Of a stretch of 64,000 nucleotides of DNA, positions 26,776 through 40,012 are shown in pieces. This DNA is from Balanoglossus misakiensis (Eukaryota; Animalia; Hemichordata). Every line of letters starts with the position of its first letter. Position 1 is the stretch's first letter. The notes under the pieces were generated by a model. It was not told where the DNA came from. It searched no databases and saw only the letters and a program-made list of their open reading frames with translations. The stretch covers positions 19,814,303-19,878,302 of the forward strand of contig CM082577.2 of NCBI GenBank assembly GCA_040954595.2, in the 5' to 3' direction. The translations under genes were made by a program, and so were the position numbers.

Positions 26776-27450
26776 ATTATCACATACATAGCTCCGCAAA
26801 TTACCATAGTATGATGTCAGAGGAAGGGTAATATGGATCAAGCGTTATTGTTATTACCATCCCTCTGACGTCACCAACCGGAACTATTTTAAACTTGTAA
26901 ACAAAGTCCTCTCCAGTCGGCAAATTTCAGTGCAAGTAATGGTTTTATTTCAATGTAAAATATAAGCAAAGATATCAATATATTTCATATGTAAAAATAT
27001 GGAGGATTGACGAATAGTATTCATTTATTAATCATCATTAATCAGTGCAAGTCAAATTCCACTTCAATCAACAAGTAACACAGTTTAATACACAATTGAA
27101 GTTCTTGGAAGTAACAGAGAAAGGTTTTGACATCAAGCTTTTCATCCAGCTGATGCGCAACAGACAGGTCCTCGCCAGAACTGTCTTTGGGGCCTGAGTC
27201 ACCAGACAGATGGGAAGGCTTAACAATTTAACATCGATCTCTTCAATTTGGCACAAAATAGTCCCAAATTTATGGTAACAACAAAGAGTTTAATTTGAAA
27301 ATCGAAATTAGTTGATCTATGTATGTGATGAACATATATTCACCCGTATTCCTCACCTGTGTCCTTGTATCGCGAGCTCGGAGGGTTATGACCGCTTATG
27401 CGGTCCATGATGCAGACACACTCATTCAAAATACGGGGGAATTATATATA
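26776..27450 (-). repeat. Family C1 copy 3 (internally deleted)
   Basis: Shares both ends with 25068-26050. Confidence 0.75.
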
Positions 27451-27937
27451 ATTATTACCTTCTTCACTCAGTACATATTAAGTATTATCTCCTTTTGTGT
27501 TGGAAATAGATCAGCGTGGGGCTTAATATGGTTGATAGAATAATAATCTCAAACATATATATCAACATGGTCATTGGATCAAAATAGAAGTGCTGTTTGA
27601 CATAGTTTTTTGTACCAAATCATTAGTGTCAAAGGAAGGAACTATTCAAGGCAATAACTTTTAATAATTCTGTTTTTTAAATTGTTTTGTGATGTCTAAT
27701 GTGGATAAACTGAGTTTATGTTATTTTATTGTTATATTTTCATGTCAGCCTGAACTATCCTTTTCTTTTTACTTTTTCTCTCTTATCTCCACTAACTTTT
27801 TGTGTGTTGATGCACCTGATGCCATAACCATCATAATACTACTCATGCATTTATGTTTTGATTAATTTTGTTTCTTCCCCATTCTTTTTGTTTTGTTTTG
27901 TTCACTCACTCACTGTATCATGTCGCATTACTAACAG

Positions 27938-28072
27938 TGGAAGGCCAGGTAGAAACATGATCCACTTTGACCGATCCATTGCCGAACATGAGTTAGCCAG
28001 AAAGCGTAAACAGGATCTCATAGCATATATGGTCCATTACAAAGATGCCAGAGCTGATGTCTTTCCAATCAA
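27938..28072 (+). CDS. QRICH2: QRICH2-like cassette-type exon: GRPGRNMIHFDRSIAEHELARKRKQDLIAYMVHYKDARADVFPI
   Basis: Long pyrimidine tract, ctaacag acceptor, AA|gtaaga donor, 135 nt phase 2/2 and open. Confidence 0.72.
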
Positions 28073-28325
28073 GTAAGATAGGCTTAGCTAGATTCCAATG
28101 TAAGATAATACTAATAGCATTTAATTAAACAATCTAGATTCAGAACACAATGTCCTTGCACACTCCACTTCCCATCACCAAGGTGGCTGACAGTTAAGTG
28201 ATTACCAACATATCCACTTCAGAAAGTAAATGTAAAAAGTGCCAAAATCTGACATTGAGAATTGGATGTATCAATCCAACAAAGGAATATGCATTGAACT
28301 TTTAGTGTGATTGTACAGTCATGAT

Positions 28326-29692
28326 TTTTAGGTCCCATTTGGTTTACCATTGGGACCTTATGGGATCGGTTGCGTCTGTATCAGTGTATGGATGGATGTA
28401 TGTATGTATGTCCGTCCACATCAAAAACCGCATGACGTTATGACCTCTATTTGGTGTGCAGGTGCAGGCAGGGCTGTAGAAGGGAGTTTGTTCAAATGAA
28501 GTTGTCATTGCCAAAAATAGGCAAATTAGCTTTGAAAATGTGAAATTGGTCAAAACTCAAAAACTCGACAACCATGTACCTTATGTCTATCTCAAACAGT
28601 CCTCTATGTTTTGAGCTAATATTATCGTTTTCCTATTTTTTATTTTATGCATTTTTTTTATTTTTCCATGTTATTGGTAAAAAGTCTTCATTTCTGAAAG
28701 TGATAGGCTTATTTCTTTGAAATTTAGTATGAAGCTTCCTTATGGTTGTCTGAGTAACCATTGTTTTGTTTAAATTGTTGGAAAATTTGCATATTTATAA
28801 TTTTGAGCAATATTTGCCATTTTTGGTCAAAATTTATTTTCTTTAAAACCGCATGCCAGATTGCCTTGCAATTTGGTAGGCATGTTCGTAGGGGTAACCT
28901 AAGTAATATGTTGCATAAATGTGTTATCGGGGAAACTTTTTGCAATTTTTGTCAAAAATTGTTTTCTCTGAAACCGCTTGTCACATAGCATTGAACTTTG
29001 GCAGGCATGTTCCTTGTAGTGATTGAAGTAAGATATTGTACAATTTTGGTGATATTTGCATATTTGTGTTTTTTGCCACTTTTGAACAAATATTTTCTGT
29101 GAAACTGCTTGTTGGATTGCTTTGAAATTAGTTTTTTCTCTGATTGCTTTGAAATTTAGAAATTTAATTTCGTAACACATACATTTATATGTGCAACTTT
29201 TATTCAATTCTGATATCAGAAATATTCAATATTTAGCGAGTTTATTTGTAAGTTTCTTTGTTTTTGTTTAGCAAATCTTCTCCTAAACCAATTGTCCAGT
29301 TGTTTTTAAAGTTACTATTTACAAGGAGTTGTTACCCCCAACTTAGACATGTTTACATAACTTTAATATGCCAGCTGTTACAGAGACCACCAGCTATGAA
29401 ATTTTAATTACCAGTGGCAGGTCAGTGTCTGTCTGTCTGTCTGTTCCAGGGCTGACTGAAAGAAGTTGCTTGTCATTTGTGTTTGTACAGACAATTTTTG
29501 GTCAATTTTGTTTTTCTAGCACCACTTGTAAGACTGCCATGACACATGACAGTTTATTGGGCATGTTCCTTGTTTTGTTTTTTTATGGTTGGGTCATATC
29601 TGCTTGCCAATGTCACATGTGATTTTTACTCTGGTGTATCCTTAGTTCTGCGTAATCCTCAAATGGGACCACAGTGTCCTTGACGCTATTTT
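28326..29692 (+). mobile_element. Helentron/HINE family A copy 2
   Basis: Same 5' end as 4907, degenerate internal tandem units, 3' AAATGGGACCACAGTGTCCTTGACGC. Confidence 0.75.
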
Positions 29693-31809
29693 TAAAAAGA
29701 TTTATGCATTATAAAGTCACAAATATTACACGGAGTATAACATGGCCCCAGAATGTGACTTGTAATTAGCCACCAGGACTTGAATTAAGCATAAAATGTG
29801 AATGAGAAATTCTCTTTGGAACTACATGCTATCAGTTAGTTAAGCAACAAATAATAATGCTAAAACAGTAGTTGCAGCGTAGATTACAGTCATGCTATTT
29901 TTTAAATATCACTTTAAATGTAATGTGGTTTGTTTTGGCTGTGTAAAGTTATTGTTCTCATAACAATCTACTTCAGTATTTTATTTTTTCTGTGTGTATA
30001 TGTATGCATTTTCATTCTTCGTGTAAAAAAAATTGAAGAAAAAATGATAATGAGCCTTGCCCTGTTATGTGCTGTGATATTGCCGACTGTCTCAATTTGA
30101 AATTCTCAACTCACACACTCAGTATTTGAACACTCCACAGTGCCTTTATGAGTGGCTAATGAAACACTTTCTAGCATGCTTCTAAATTAGTCTGCACAGA
30201 GCACTCAATATGTGCAAAACCAGGTCTCCTTTTTGTGTATAATTTCAAACTTAAACAAAGATATGAAGCTCAGGCAACATCATGATTTGTACCAACCAGG
30301 AAAATACACTTTAGATGTGGCTTGTATTTGGGCCAACTTACTTTCCATCCTTCACTACACTCAACCCATCAGCTGTTTTGCTTAGTCAACACATCAAGAT
30401 GAAATTCCCCAAAGTTGCTTTAAAGATTTTTATCCTGAATGTTTGTCCCTTAATTACCTTCATGCATAGATGTGGCATCATTCACATTCAACTATTCAAA
30501 GGTATCCCATATGATGCATGCCAACTTGTCCTTTGATCATATGCATTTTTCATGGTAATCACATGCACTGTAGATGGTGATCACATGCTCCAAACACCAG
30601 CATTTACATGTTGATACATGTAGATCTTATGATTGTTAAATGTACAATACTGTATTAGGTATTAATGTAAAGTGAGTGTGTTTTTTCAGGCAGTTAACAT
30701 AATTGAACCTTTTTAAAGATGGTAAAAAAATTATTCATTCTATGATAGACAGTAGAAAAGAAAGGGATATGCAACTGCGAAAAACATCAAAGGGATTAAC
30801 CACTTCCTCTTCACAATTTTGGTTGTAATCCTGTACATTAAATCTATAGAGGAAGTGTCATGTGATTTAAAATTTCATGTCACTCCACATGTGTATTGAC
30901 CCTGCTCAGCCCAATGTACTAGTGAATTTTTATGGCCCAGTCATGATTTTCAGTGTCATTAAAACTTCCAATATTTTGAATTTTTAGTAACTAGATTGTG
31001 TAAGTGTTGGATTGAACTACATGTAGTTGGGTAATAGCGATTACGGTAATATTTAGTAGATTGCTGTGAATTGAGATGAGCAGCCACTATGTACGTATCA
31101 CCAAACGTCCAAACACTACACTCACGGTAATTTTCCTAGCCCACTCACGGTTTTATGTTTGATTTTTAATGACAAATTTGATTTGTATTGTTATGCCATT
31201 ATCCAAGGGTTAAAAAGGGTTAAAATAAACTAGTCAGGTGTTATTTGGGAGACAACAGACATAAATGAGGAAAAAAAAAGGAAAAACTACGTAAACCAAT
31301 ACCTCTGATTGACAACCAAATTGTTTATGTGTGTCATGAGACAGGTATCACCAATGTTTTCTTAGTAGGCCTAATTTTCCCACCCCTCGCTTGGTTTTCA
31401 TATTCATTTATTTTTTTATGTAAGAGAGTCAACGATTGTATTTGATATATCACTTGAACTCTGAAATCTGGACACCTCTCGGACTGAGCGCGCAAAGTGG
31501 GCGTGTCTATTATCACTCATTAAAGGAATTATTACACCTATTTTTATTTCATTTGAGTGCTAAAGATTCTTTTAGTAAAATAACCATTTTATCCAAATCA
31601 AGACATTATATTTTGGCTATGGTTTTCTATAAGTAATGATTCATTAATAAAATCGTCGAAATTCATGTCCCTCAGAAAAAATCTCAATTCGTATTTGCCG
31701 CGTATAGACCACGTGACATGACGTCATTGGGGGAAGTAGTTGCCAGTATGTAAACAGTGATATCGTTGCACAGCTTAGCCCAAAGCGAGAGTCCCGCGTT
31801 TCCATCATT

Positions 31810-31953
31810 ATGGTCAAACGATGCCTCGTCGGGGGCTGTAAAAACACTATCCGTAGTGTACATAGTGTACATAGATTTCCGAAAAGCAAAGAACTGAGAG
31901 AAAAATGGGAGCGCTTCGTACAAAACAGCCCAAAGGTCACTACATCGCCGTAA
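31810..31953 (+). pseudogene. Truncated THAP zinc-finger N-terminus MVKRCLVGGCKNTIRSVHSVHRFPKSKELREKWERFV
   Basis: M-x3-C-x4-C...HRFP...W THAP signature; stops before the second C/H pair; too short for the ORF track. Confidence 0.75.
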
Positions 31954-32296
31954 AGGTAATGATGAATGGAACTGTACCGGTTATGCCAGTTTTGGGTAAC
32001 CGGTCGCTTGTGAACAGGGGGTTTATCTGTGATATTTATGTATGAAATTTGTCGTCCCATTACGTTTTTTTCACAACAGAGATGTCAGCAATGATGTTTT
32101 AGTACGGACCGTGTCGGCATGGCGAGGTGCTGCGCACCGGGTTCTTTGTGTATATATCGGTGACCAGACGAGCGCAAACCTCCGTATCAGGAGGCAGATC
32201 TGCTACGAGAATATTTGAGTTTCACTGAACCACTCCCTGAACATTTTATTGGACATATTTATTGTAAAATAAAAAACATAAAATGATGCTAATTCA

Positions 32297-32548
32297 CCAA
32301 TCTATATTTCCCACTCGAGAAGGCTCAGGCGAATCTGGACCCGCGCTTGCAGGCATTTCTTCGCTCGGTACATCAACGGATTGCCCACCAGCCCGAACAG
32401 GTTGAGGAGATACCTCATGCCTTGCTGGTTCAAATCTATACGGCCCTGGCCAGGAATTTCCTTGAAAGCAGCGACGAAGAGCCCAAAACTCTCCATCGCT
32501 ACTGTCTGAATCATATTCTCCGAGCTGAGCTTTTAAAAAAGCTGACAT
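32297..32548 (-). pseudogene. First exon of a KolX / P2X7 C-terminal-like (nanor-like) protein
   Basis: PYRFEP motif and ...RVGNIDW with a TG|gtgaat donor where the W-C-x-C motif normally begins; downstream exons not found. Confidence 0.65.
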
Positions 32549-35099
32549 TAAGTGCCTAACTCGCTGTGACAAATCCAAAAACGGACATGAATTTATTACA
32601 AAAAATTACTCAGAAAAAAACAACAACACTTGAATTTACCAGCCCCGCACTGCAAATTGCAGGGCGATGCCTATGGAACTGACCAAAATTTGACAGATCG
32701 TGGTTGCTAAAATGGTGCTGGTGCAATATTTCAGCATATGCAGCAAGCTGCGAAACCTGCCGATTCCCAGACGACTTTGTCTGAGCAATGAACCTCAATT
32801 GAATGACGAGAAACCACAATTTCTCAATGACTTTCAGTCTGCCGACTGATGACCTCAAAATGTTATGACCCTTTGAATACGCCAACCAATAGGTGTCATT
32901 TAGTGCTTGTGATATGCTAAATAGCGTTACTATTTCTATGGCGCCATGGTAACATAAACAACATGCGTCAATCTCCCGCCAAGAAAGGCAAGGCATTTGC
33001 TCCAAGTTTATTTGTTACATCCAAGTCTGTTGTAAACAAATATCTGAATACTTATATATAAGGTCATGTCAGTTATGTGTATATCTACCCACCCATTGAT
33101 CAATGATGCTGTCATCAGGCTTGAACGTCATGAAAGGGGGCGTTGATATCCTTGTGTCAGAGACTGATCCATGTGATTAGGGTACACACATGGGCTCCAG
33201 TGGGGTAATTCTGCATGTAATCGCGCTTCTTACGGGAGTCAGAGCAAGTAAATATGTGTCTTTTTTTTCACTGTTGGAGTCTTATTTTGGCTGATTGTGG
33301 GATACATGACTGCAAGCACTTCCCTTGAAATTGGTGTTAAATTCACAAAACCGTTGAAAAACGACATGGTGCATGCATCCACATGAGGTATCTGTGTTCG
33401 ATCGGTGTGATTACGAAACAACAACATGTATCGTAAGTATTTTGGGCACTGCGGACGGTCGTATCTGATAAATTATTGATTGAAGGCCCACAAACATATA
33501 TAACCAAAATATCGACAAACTACGTTTTACGCTTCACTTCAAGGGACTGCATATTTTTTTAGAGGCTTAGCACTAGCTAAAATAGGTTCGTATGATAACA
33601 ATAAAGTATCTATGACCCCAGAAATTCGAGTTTGAATAGTTTTCACTCTTTGGATGAAAAGGCACAAAAAATCAAACAAATCACTGCATTTTCACCCAAA
33701 AACAGTGTGTGCCAGGAAGACCCTGTCAGAAAGTGTGGAATTTACGGGCAAGATTTTCTGGACGAAAAAATGAGCATAAGAGGTGATGAGTGATTAAAAT
33801 AAACACTCTGCATGACATTTGCGTCTGGATTTTTTTTACTACGACACGGCAAAATCACGGTATTTTGCTACAAAATCGCCAATTTAACAACAACAATTGG
33901 AGACGTCCCACAGTCTTTATTCAGTCGTTGATCATGATATACGATAGTTTCCCACAAAGTTCTAATGAAATAGAGTATATACCACGTTTTTTCTCGTCCA
34001 TTGAAGCTTTGGATGAAAAGGCACAAAAAATCAAAGTTGGTATATGCCTTTGAAGGCTAAAATAGAAGGGGTCAAAGGTAACTCTTTTATTTTTATTTTT
34101 CGCAAATCTACTGAATTCATCTCTTTGATTCTCTTATTGCTTTATTTCAATAATTTTCACAAAGATAACAAAATCTGTCAAGTACTCTCAAAACATGGAC
34201 AAAAATTGGATTGAAATCTCGCCACGTACGCTGGGTTCTTGGCTGCCATAACAGAGGTCAATGAGTGCTGAAATTTCCCAGCATGCTTTGCGGTGTCGTG
34301 ATAATGAGAATCGCGCTCAGTCCGAAGACTGTCTCGAAATCGGTGTGTGGCTGGCCAACGTCCCATGTGCACAGTGCCGGCCTTTGTAATGCCTGACATA
34401 TCCCTCTCCCTTTTTTATATTTCATATTTAAACAGTACACTCATTTTTTATTGTCAGTTCATTCATTGTCAGAAATTTCTTCAAAAGTAGAAAATACGTC
34501 GTTATTTCTTATGTCTCAATCCTCAGTAGTCTGCATTTAGCGTTGGGGTTACATGTAGGTCGTCAGCTGTAGATTACTGAAGGCCGTTTTCACATGCGTA
34601 CATTTTGCACATCAGTGATTTGCATACTCACACGATGGAAAGTCTCTCATTTTATGAGAATTCATGCAATTTCAGTGGAATGTTTATTTGCCGCAGTTGC
34701 ATGTCCTTTTCTTTTCTACTGTCTATGAATCTATTATCTATAATCTAGTTCACATTCCTGAAAAATTCTATTCTTGATATTGAAATGTCATATGTTTTTG
34801 CATATTGGGATGAAAGGTTCAGTTTTTTACACTTTGTGTCTTGCACAGGAGTAAAACTGCACAGTAATTTTCTTGCACAATATGAATTGTCTTGTGATGT
34901 TGTTTGTGTCACAATTGTCTTCAATTCACACTTTATAATTTTTGTGAAACCATCCAACACCATGAAAAATGCATTAATCAGCCACATTTGTAAATAAACA
35001 ACATAGAATGTCCGCATCACTGAAAGATATCTTGGCACAAGATACAACCGTAAAATAATATGTAGTTGATGTGATTTTGAATTCTTATCAACCAAACAG

Positions 35100-35123
35100 G
35101 GACTCTAGGTTTGAAAAATGGAG
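35100..35123 (+). CDS. Candidate 24-nt microexon (DSRFEKW)
   Basis: aaacag acceptor, AG|gtaagg donor, symmetric phase 2/2 and open in the gene frame. Confidence 0.5.
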
Positions 35124-36174
35124 GTAAGGCCCTGTTGCAAATTTCACGACATTGTTTCAACAAAATCAGCCTTCGATGTACTCTGTTTTCTGTTTCTTGT
35201 TCACATGTTTTGTCTGTAAGCCACATGAACACTAAAGTGTTTGTTGCCTTAACCTGCTGGTTGTGGTTGTCAGCATAATTATTGATCAGTACAGTGTGCA
35301 ATTGTTTACCATTGAAATTGTGCCATTCCAAAGCCAACAGCATAAAATGCCAGAATTTGAAAAATGAGAAATTATCACTTTTCCTAAGAGTTTGTTGCTT
35401 GCATATGGAAATTCTTTCAAAAATGGGGAGGTGTCAGTTTTCCAGAGTTGAAGAAATTGTGATTTTAGTTCATGGTCAAATTTTCAGAGCTGAAATAGAA
35501 ATTACTTCTCCCCCCAAAATAGGGGTGATCAAATTATACCAGCAGTCAAATTACACGAATAATTACTGTATTTGTCCCATGTTTGTTTGATGTAATACCC
35601 CACTCTCCCACACCCTATTATATTGTGTAGATGTGTAGGATTGCACCGGCAGTCACTCAATAAATTTTACCTGTGCTTGTCTCTTTGTTAGTATTCTTAA
35701 AGAGAAATTTGAGTTACCTTACCAATTTTAACTTCATTTAATCACACTGAATTTATAATTGACAACATAATAGTTCCCTATTCTGTATATAACTGGAAAT
35801 ACCTTAATGTGAAAGGAGTTGTTTCTTTTCATGAAACTGGTACAGCTATCAAACTTTATTATTATCAGTTTTTCTCACATACCCAGTACCTGGTTTGTAC
35901 CAACAGCACATCATGAACTTTCCACAACAAATGTACATGTTTGTAACAACTCATCTCCCTTTTAAAGTGTCACTGTGTCACCACAAACTTCAAAAGCACT
36001 TAATGACCCACCAATCATTTCACTCCAACCTATGCACATCCCCATCCGACCAACATCACTGCAGTCATATCACTGTACAGTCTCTTCACACTACAGCTCC
36101 ATACCAATCATACTCCTGCACAAAACTTCCCATTAATCATAATCATAAGAATTTGCCACACATGCATGTTACAG

Positions 36175-36291
36175 CCAAGATTTGCCTGAGTATTTGGAGC
36201 GTCTGGTGACACCCCGTGTAGCAGGCGGGGCCCGCACCATCAATACAGCCAACAGCCATCGGAAATTTGCAGCCTACCCCTACCATAGCAG
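36175..36291 (+). CDS. QRICH2: Diverged duplicate exon: QDLPEYLERLVTPRVAGGARTINTANSHRKFAAYPYHS
   Basis: ttacag acceptor, AG|gtacca donor, 117 nt phase 2/2; aligns without gaps to the start of the next exon. Confidence 0.65.
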
Positions 36292-36543
36292 GTACCATGT
36301 GTTGCTAATGATGAGTGATCACCACAGCGTGTCCTAGATTTGCAATGCACACTGTAAACAACAACAACCAGTATGTCACACAGTTCACTCAGCAAGACAG
36401 CTGGTTTGGACAGTGACATTTTGAAATAGATAAGATCTACTTCTAAATACTGTTCAAACCTACTTCTGACTGTCTGTACTGTGTCAGTCTATTTGTCAAA
36501 TCTTTGATTCACCCTCTCTTCAATGTCTTGATTCCTTTTTCAG

Positions 36544-36651
36544 TCAAAATGTTCCTGAGATGTCAGAATACTATGTAACATCTCGTGCATGTGGTGGTAG
36601 CCATACAATGACTTTCCCTCACAGGAGAATCAACCGTATGACCCATCTCAA
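36544..36651 (+). CDS. QRICH2: QRICH2-like exon: QNVPEMSEYYVTSRACGGSHTMTFPHRRINRMTHL
   Basis: ttttcag acceptor, AA|gtaagt donor, 108 nt phase 2/2; RxCGGSHTxTxPHRR motif. Confidence 0.93.
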
Positions 36652-38077
36652 GTAAGTACTTTTATCTTTTTGGTATTGTGTATTTTAGTTCATATTTGAT
36701 TATTGTTCCTTGCAGAAGTATGGGAGATGTTTACAGATACTGAACAATTAGTTATCGATTAAATAATCTATTATCTCTCGAAAACAAAAAGAGGTAAAGG
36801 CATAGTATTTATCCAAAACAAACCATAAGTAAAAGAAAGTATATTTGTCCGTGAATTAAGACAACATAGACTCAGGCAATTGCTTTACCAACTTTTCTGA
36901 AAACTCTTGGTAGCACTGATGTAAGTAATGTTTTTTTTATGTTTTCTGGAGTTGTCTACAGATGTACATGTCAAGATGACCAATGGCTGGAGAGTACTGT
37001 CTTCTGATCATTGTGAAGTGCATGTCTATTTATAGGGCATTATACATTACATGTAAACAATGTGCTAGAAAACAGCTGATATTAAGGCCAGAGAAAAAAA
37101 TCTTTTTCATTGGATTTTTGGATCAAGGTTCAGGAGTAGCGGGAAAAAAATTGTATTTTTTTATAGGTCAAAGGTCCCCACAGCCCCTCAAATTTCTTTG
37201 CCATGCAGTCATGATGCAGGATTCAGACAAGGCAAAACAATCTTTTGCCCTTTTAATTAGCTGAAATATCTCACACAGATACACTGATAGTGGTTATTCA
37301 ATTCAAAACTCTATTTCTCGACAATAACATAGGCCATTACATTTACGGTCAGTGTACGCACAGCATATTCTGAGTATTTCAACATGCTCTCAGAATAAAA
37401 CTGATATGCATTGCAAATCACTGAAATCCAACAATTCAGTATTGTCCTTCAATATCCTCCTGGTAGACCATAGCATCTGAGTTTTTTCATTTACTTTGGC
37501 CCATGTCTTGGCCTCTGTACCTTGTCCCGACACATTTTACACACTGGTCTAACAACACTACAGTGTGATCTGAGTGAAGTTATGTAGTCAATCAGAAGGT
37601 TCCCTTGTCCTCAACAGTTGAAACAGCAAGCTTCAAATGATACTGTTGTTGTACTGTAGTAAGTTGTTTCCATTGGACTGGTACAGGTCACAGCTTGATG
37701 TGCAACAACATCACTATGGAATTCATGGTTACATGGAAACGGGGGCTGGCCACAAATATAGCTGTTGTCATCCTGTAATCTTGTCAGGCAGATTTGTGAA
37801 CGTTGGTGTCACGGTGTGGAGGTAGATGGAATGGCTTTGTGTGCGCACTGACTGTCCGAGTTCATTACTGGGGAAGACACATTGAACACTACAGACTTCA
37901 TGTTGAACTCGCTGCATATTGACAACTCAGATCAAAAACATCAACACAACCATGTCTTTTTCACAAAGTTATAGACATTCAATCCGCAGCACTCATCATC
38001 TGTTTTCACGATCTTAGTAAAGAAAAATTGCCAAACATATTATCAGGACAATCACTGAATAGCATCTTTGGAAGTAA

Positions 38078-38793
38078 GGGACCGTTCAGTTTTTACTGCT
38101 GGGGGGGGGGGGGTCACTTAAATTTTGAAATCCATAGGGGGCGGGTCATCTTTTTTTTTAAACGTTTGGGGGTGGGTCACATACTTTTGCCACCCAACTT
38201 TTGCTTTTGAGTCTAATGTGTAGTGTAATGTCTAATGTCTAGTGTACCATGGCAGAGTATTTGCCACCCCACCCCAACTAATGCTAACTTTGAGTGGCGA
38301 AAGTAAAATTTGTCCTCCCAAACATTGAGTTAATTTGCTTTTGAGTTCATTAAAATGCAACTTTGAGCTCCTTATTTTACAAAATTTTCTTACCCACCCC
38401 ATTCACTTTTATTGTTTTACCACTTCTATCAACTATTGTATTGACTTGTCATTTTAATATATTCATACATTTCTTTATTGCAACGCTATACTGTTATACA
38501 CTTCAATTATAAATTTCTTTAAGAAATTTATTGTAATTTCTTAAAGAAATTTATTATTGAGGTGTGGGGAGCCTCTTTCCCTTTATTGCATACAGTACAT
38601 ATAAGATCAGGATGGCTAATGTTTTCGGGGGGGGGGGGGGGGGGGGGGGGTCATCATATTTTTTTGCCTGTCAAAGGGGGGGGGGCATCATTTTTTGCTC
38701 CTGGGTGGAGGAGGGGGGGGGGGTCGGCCTGATTTTGAAAACCGATGACACAAACTTGCCCCCCCCCCCCAGCCGTAAAAACTGAACGGTCCC
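38078..38793 (+). mobile_element. PIF/Harbinger-type poly-G MITE
   Basis: TIR GGGACCGTTCAGTTTTTAC, TAA TSD; inverted relative at 63053-63730. Confidence 0.8.
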
Positions 38794-39060
38794 TAACTGT
38801 TGAATGCTGGTGATCAAATTCATACTCATGATGTACTATTTACCTTGGGGGGGGGGGGGGGGGTCGTCATCATATTTTTTTGCCTGTCAAAGGGGGGGGG
38901 GCATCATTTTTTGCTCCTGGGTGGAGGAGGGGGGGGGGTCGGCCTGATTTTGAAAACCGATGACACAAACTTGCCCCCCCCCAGCCGTAAAAACTGTACG
39001 GTCCCTAACTGTTGAATGCTGGTGATCAAATTCATACTCATGATGTACTATTTACCTTGG
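38630..39060 (+). repeat. ~215-bp tandem duplication of the MITE 3' end plus flank
   Basis: 38630-38848 is repeated at 38849-39060, including the TIR, TAA and ~52 bp of flank. Confidence 0.8.
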
Positions 39061-40012
39061 CAAAACAGAAATTTCTGCCAAAAAATCAATCCAGTTTGTG
39101 TTGTGATTTGTAAAATTTGTTGACAGTCAACTCAGTGCAGACACGCTGGAGTCTCATTACATTTCCCATGCCCGTGAAAACCTGACAAAGTGTAGGGTGC
39201 CACCAGCGGCAGTACAAAAATATTTGCAAAGTGGAAATATGAATTTGCTGAAATCCCCCAAAATATATTTTGAAATCGGCTAAAATAGAAGCGGCAATTC
39301 CGATGACCATTTCTTTTCTTTCTGGCCTTAATGATGCATATGGCTATTTGTGTTTTTTGCTGCATTCATCTGTTAAAACTCCTTTCATATTTCATGTCTA
39401 GTTTTAAGGACTGCGCTATTCATGCAGTAATACCTCATAATTCCCTCAGTCACTCCCTGAAACCTGTAAGCAATGAAACACCCACACAAAACTTGAAGTG
39501 GCACCTCCATATTGCTAAAATTGTAGGTCAATGTGTGTGATCCACTGGTTATTATTTGTCATTTCAATTGAATTTTGTACAAATTGTAAACTTTATCACA
39601 GCCATGTGTTCAGTTTGAATTTAATTTAATTTGAATATGCAACACGTATTTTGTGCTCTTCTTATAATTTTTTTTAATTGGTGCACAAAAAATGAAAGTT
39701 TAATACAGATGCTACCAATGTTTTCTTCATGTTGTCTGTGCATAATTGTAAGGACAAGTACCAAACAAAAGAACATACACATTGACTTGAACATGTCATA
39801 CGAAATGGAAATGCCACTTTAAAAATGGTTCATTTATGACCAAGCCTGTGAGAAAATACTTCCAGCCCATTAGCTGCCCTCTAAAACAAGCAGAGGTAAA
39901 AAAATTAAATTCAGGCCTGATATTTATAACCAGTTGAACAGTGGAAGATATAGTTATTAAACTGTGGTTGTTGCTAGCAATATCTTGAATGTTTGCCACT
40001 TGTTTCCTCCAG

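Larger units (their letters stand above)
31524..34049. mobile_element. Internally deleted Kolobok-like transposon with THAP and KolX/P2X7-like exon relics
   Basis: TTAA|AGG left end and CCT|TTGA right end (boundaries tentative); coding relics listed separately. Confidence 0.55.
37086..39327. mobile_element. TTAA-flanked non-autonomous element (Kolobok-type) hosting a Harbinger MITE
   Basis: TTAA|GGCCAGAGAAAA ... TTTTCTTTCTGGCC|TTAA. Confidence 0.6.

Noticed and set aside
27510-27530. 21-nt phase-2 microexon candidate (SAWGLI)
   Set aside because: Frame-compatible, but the donor gttgat is poor and there is no other support
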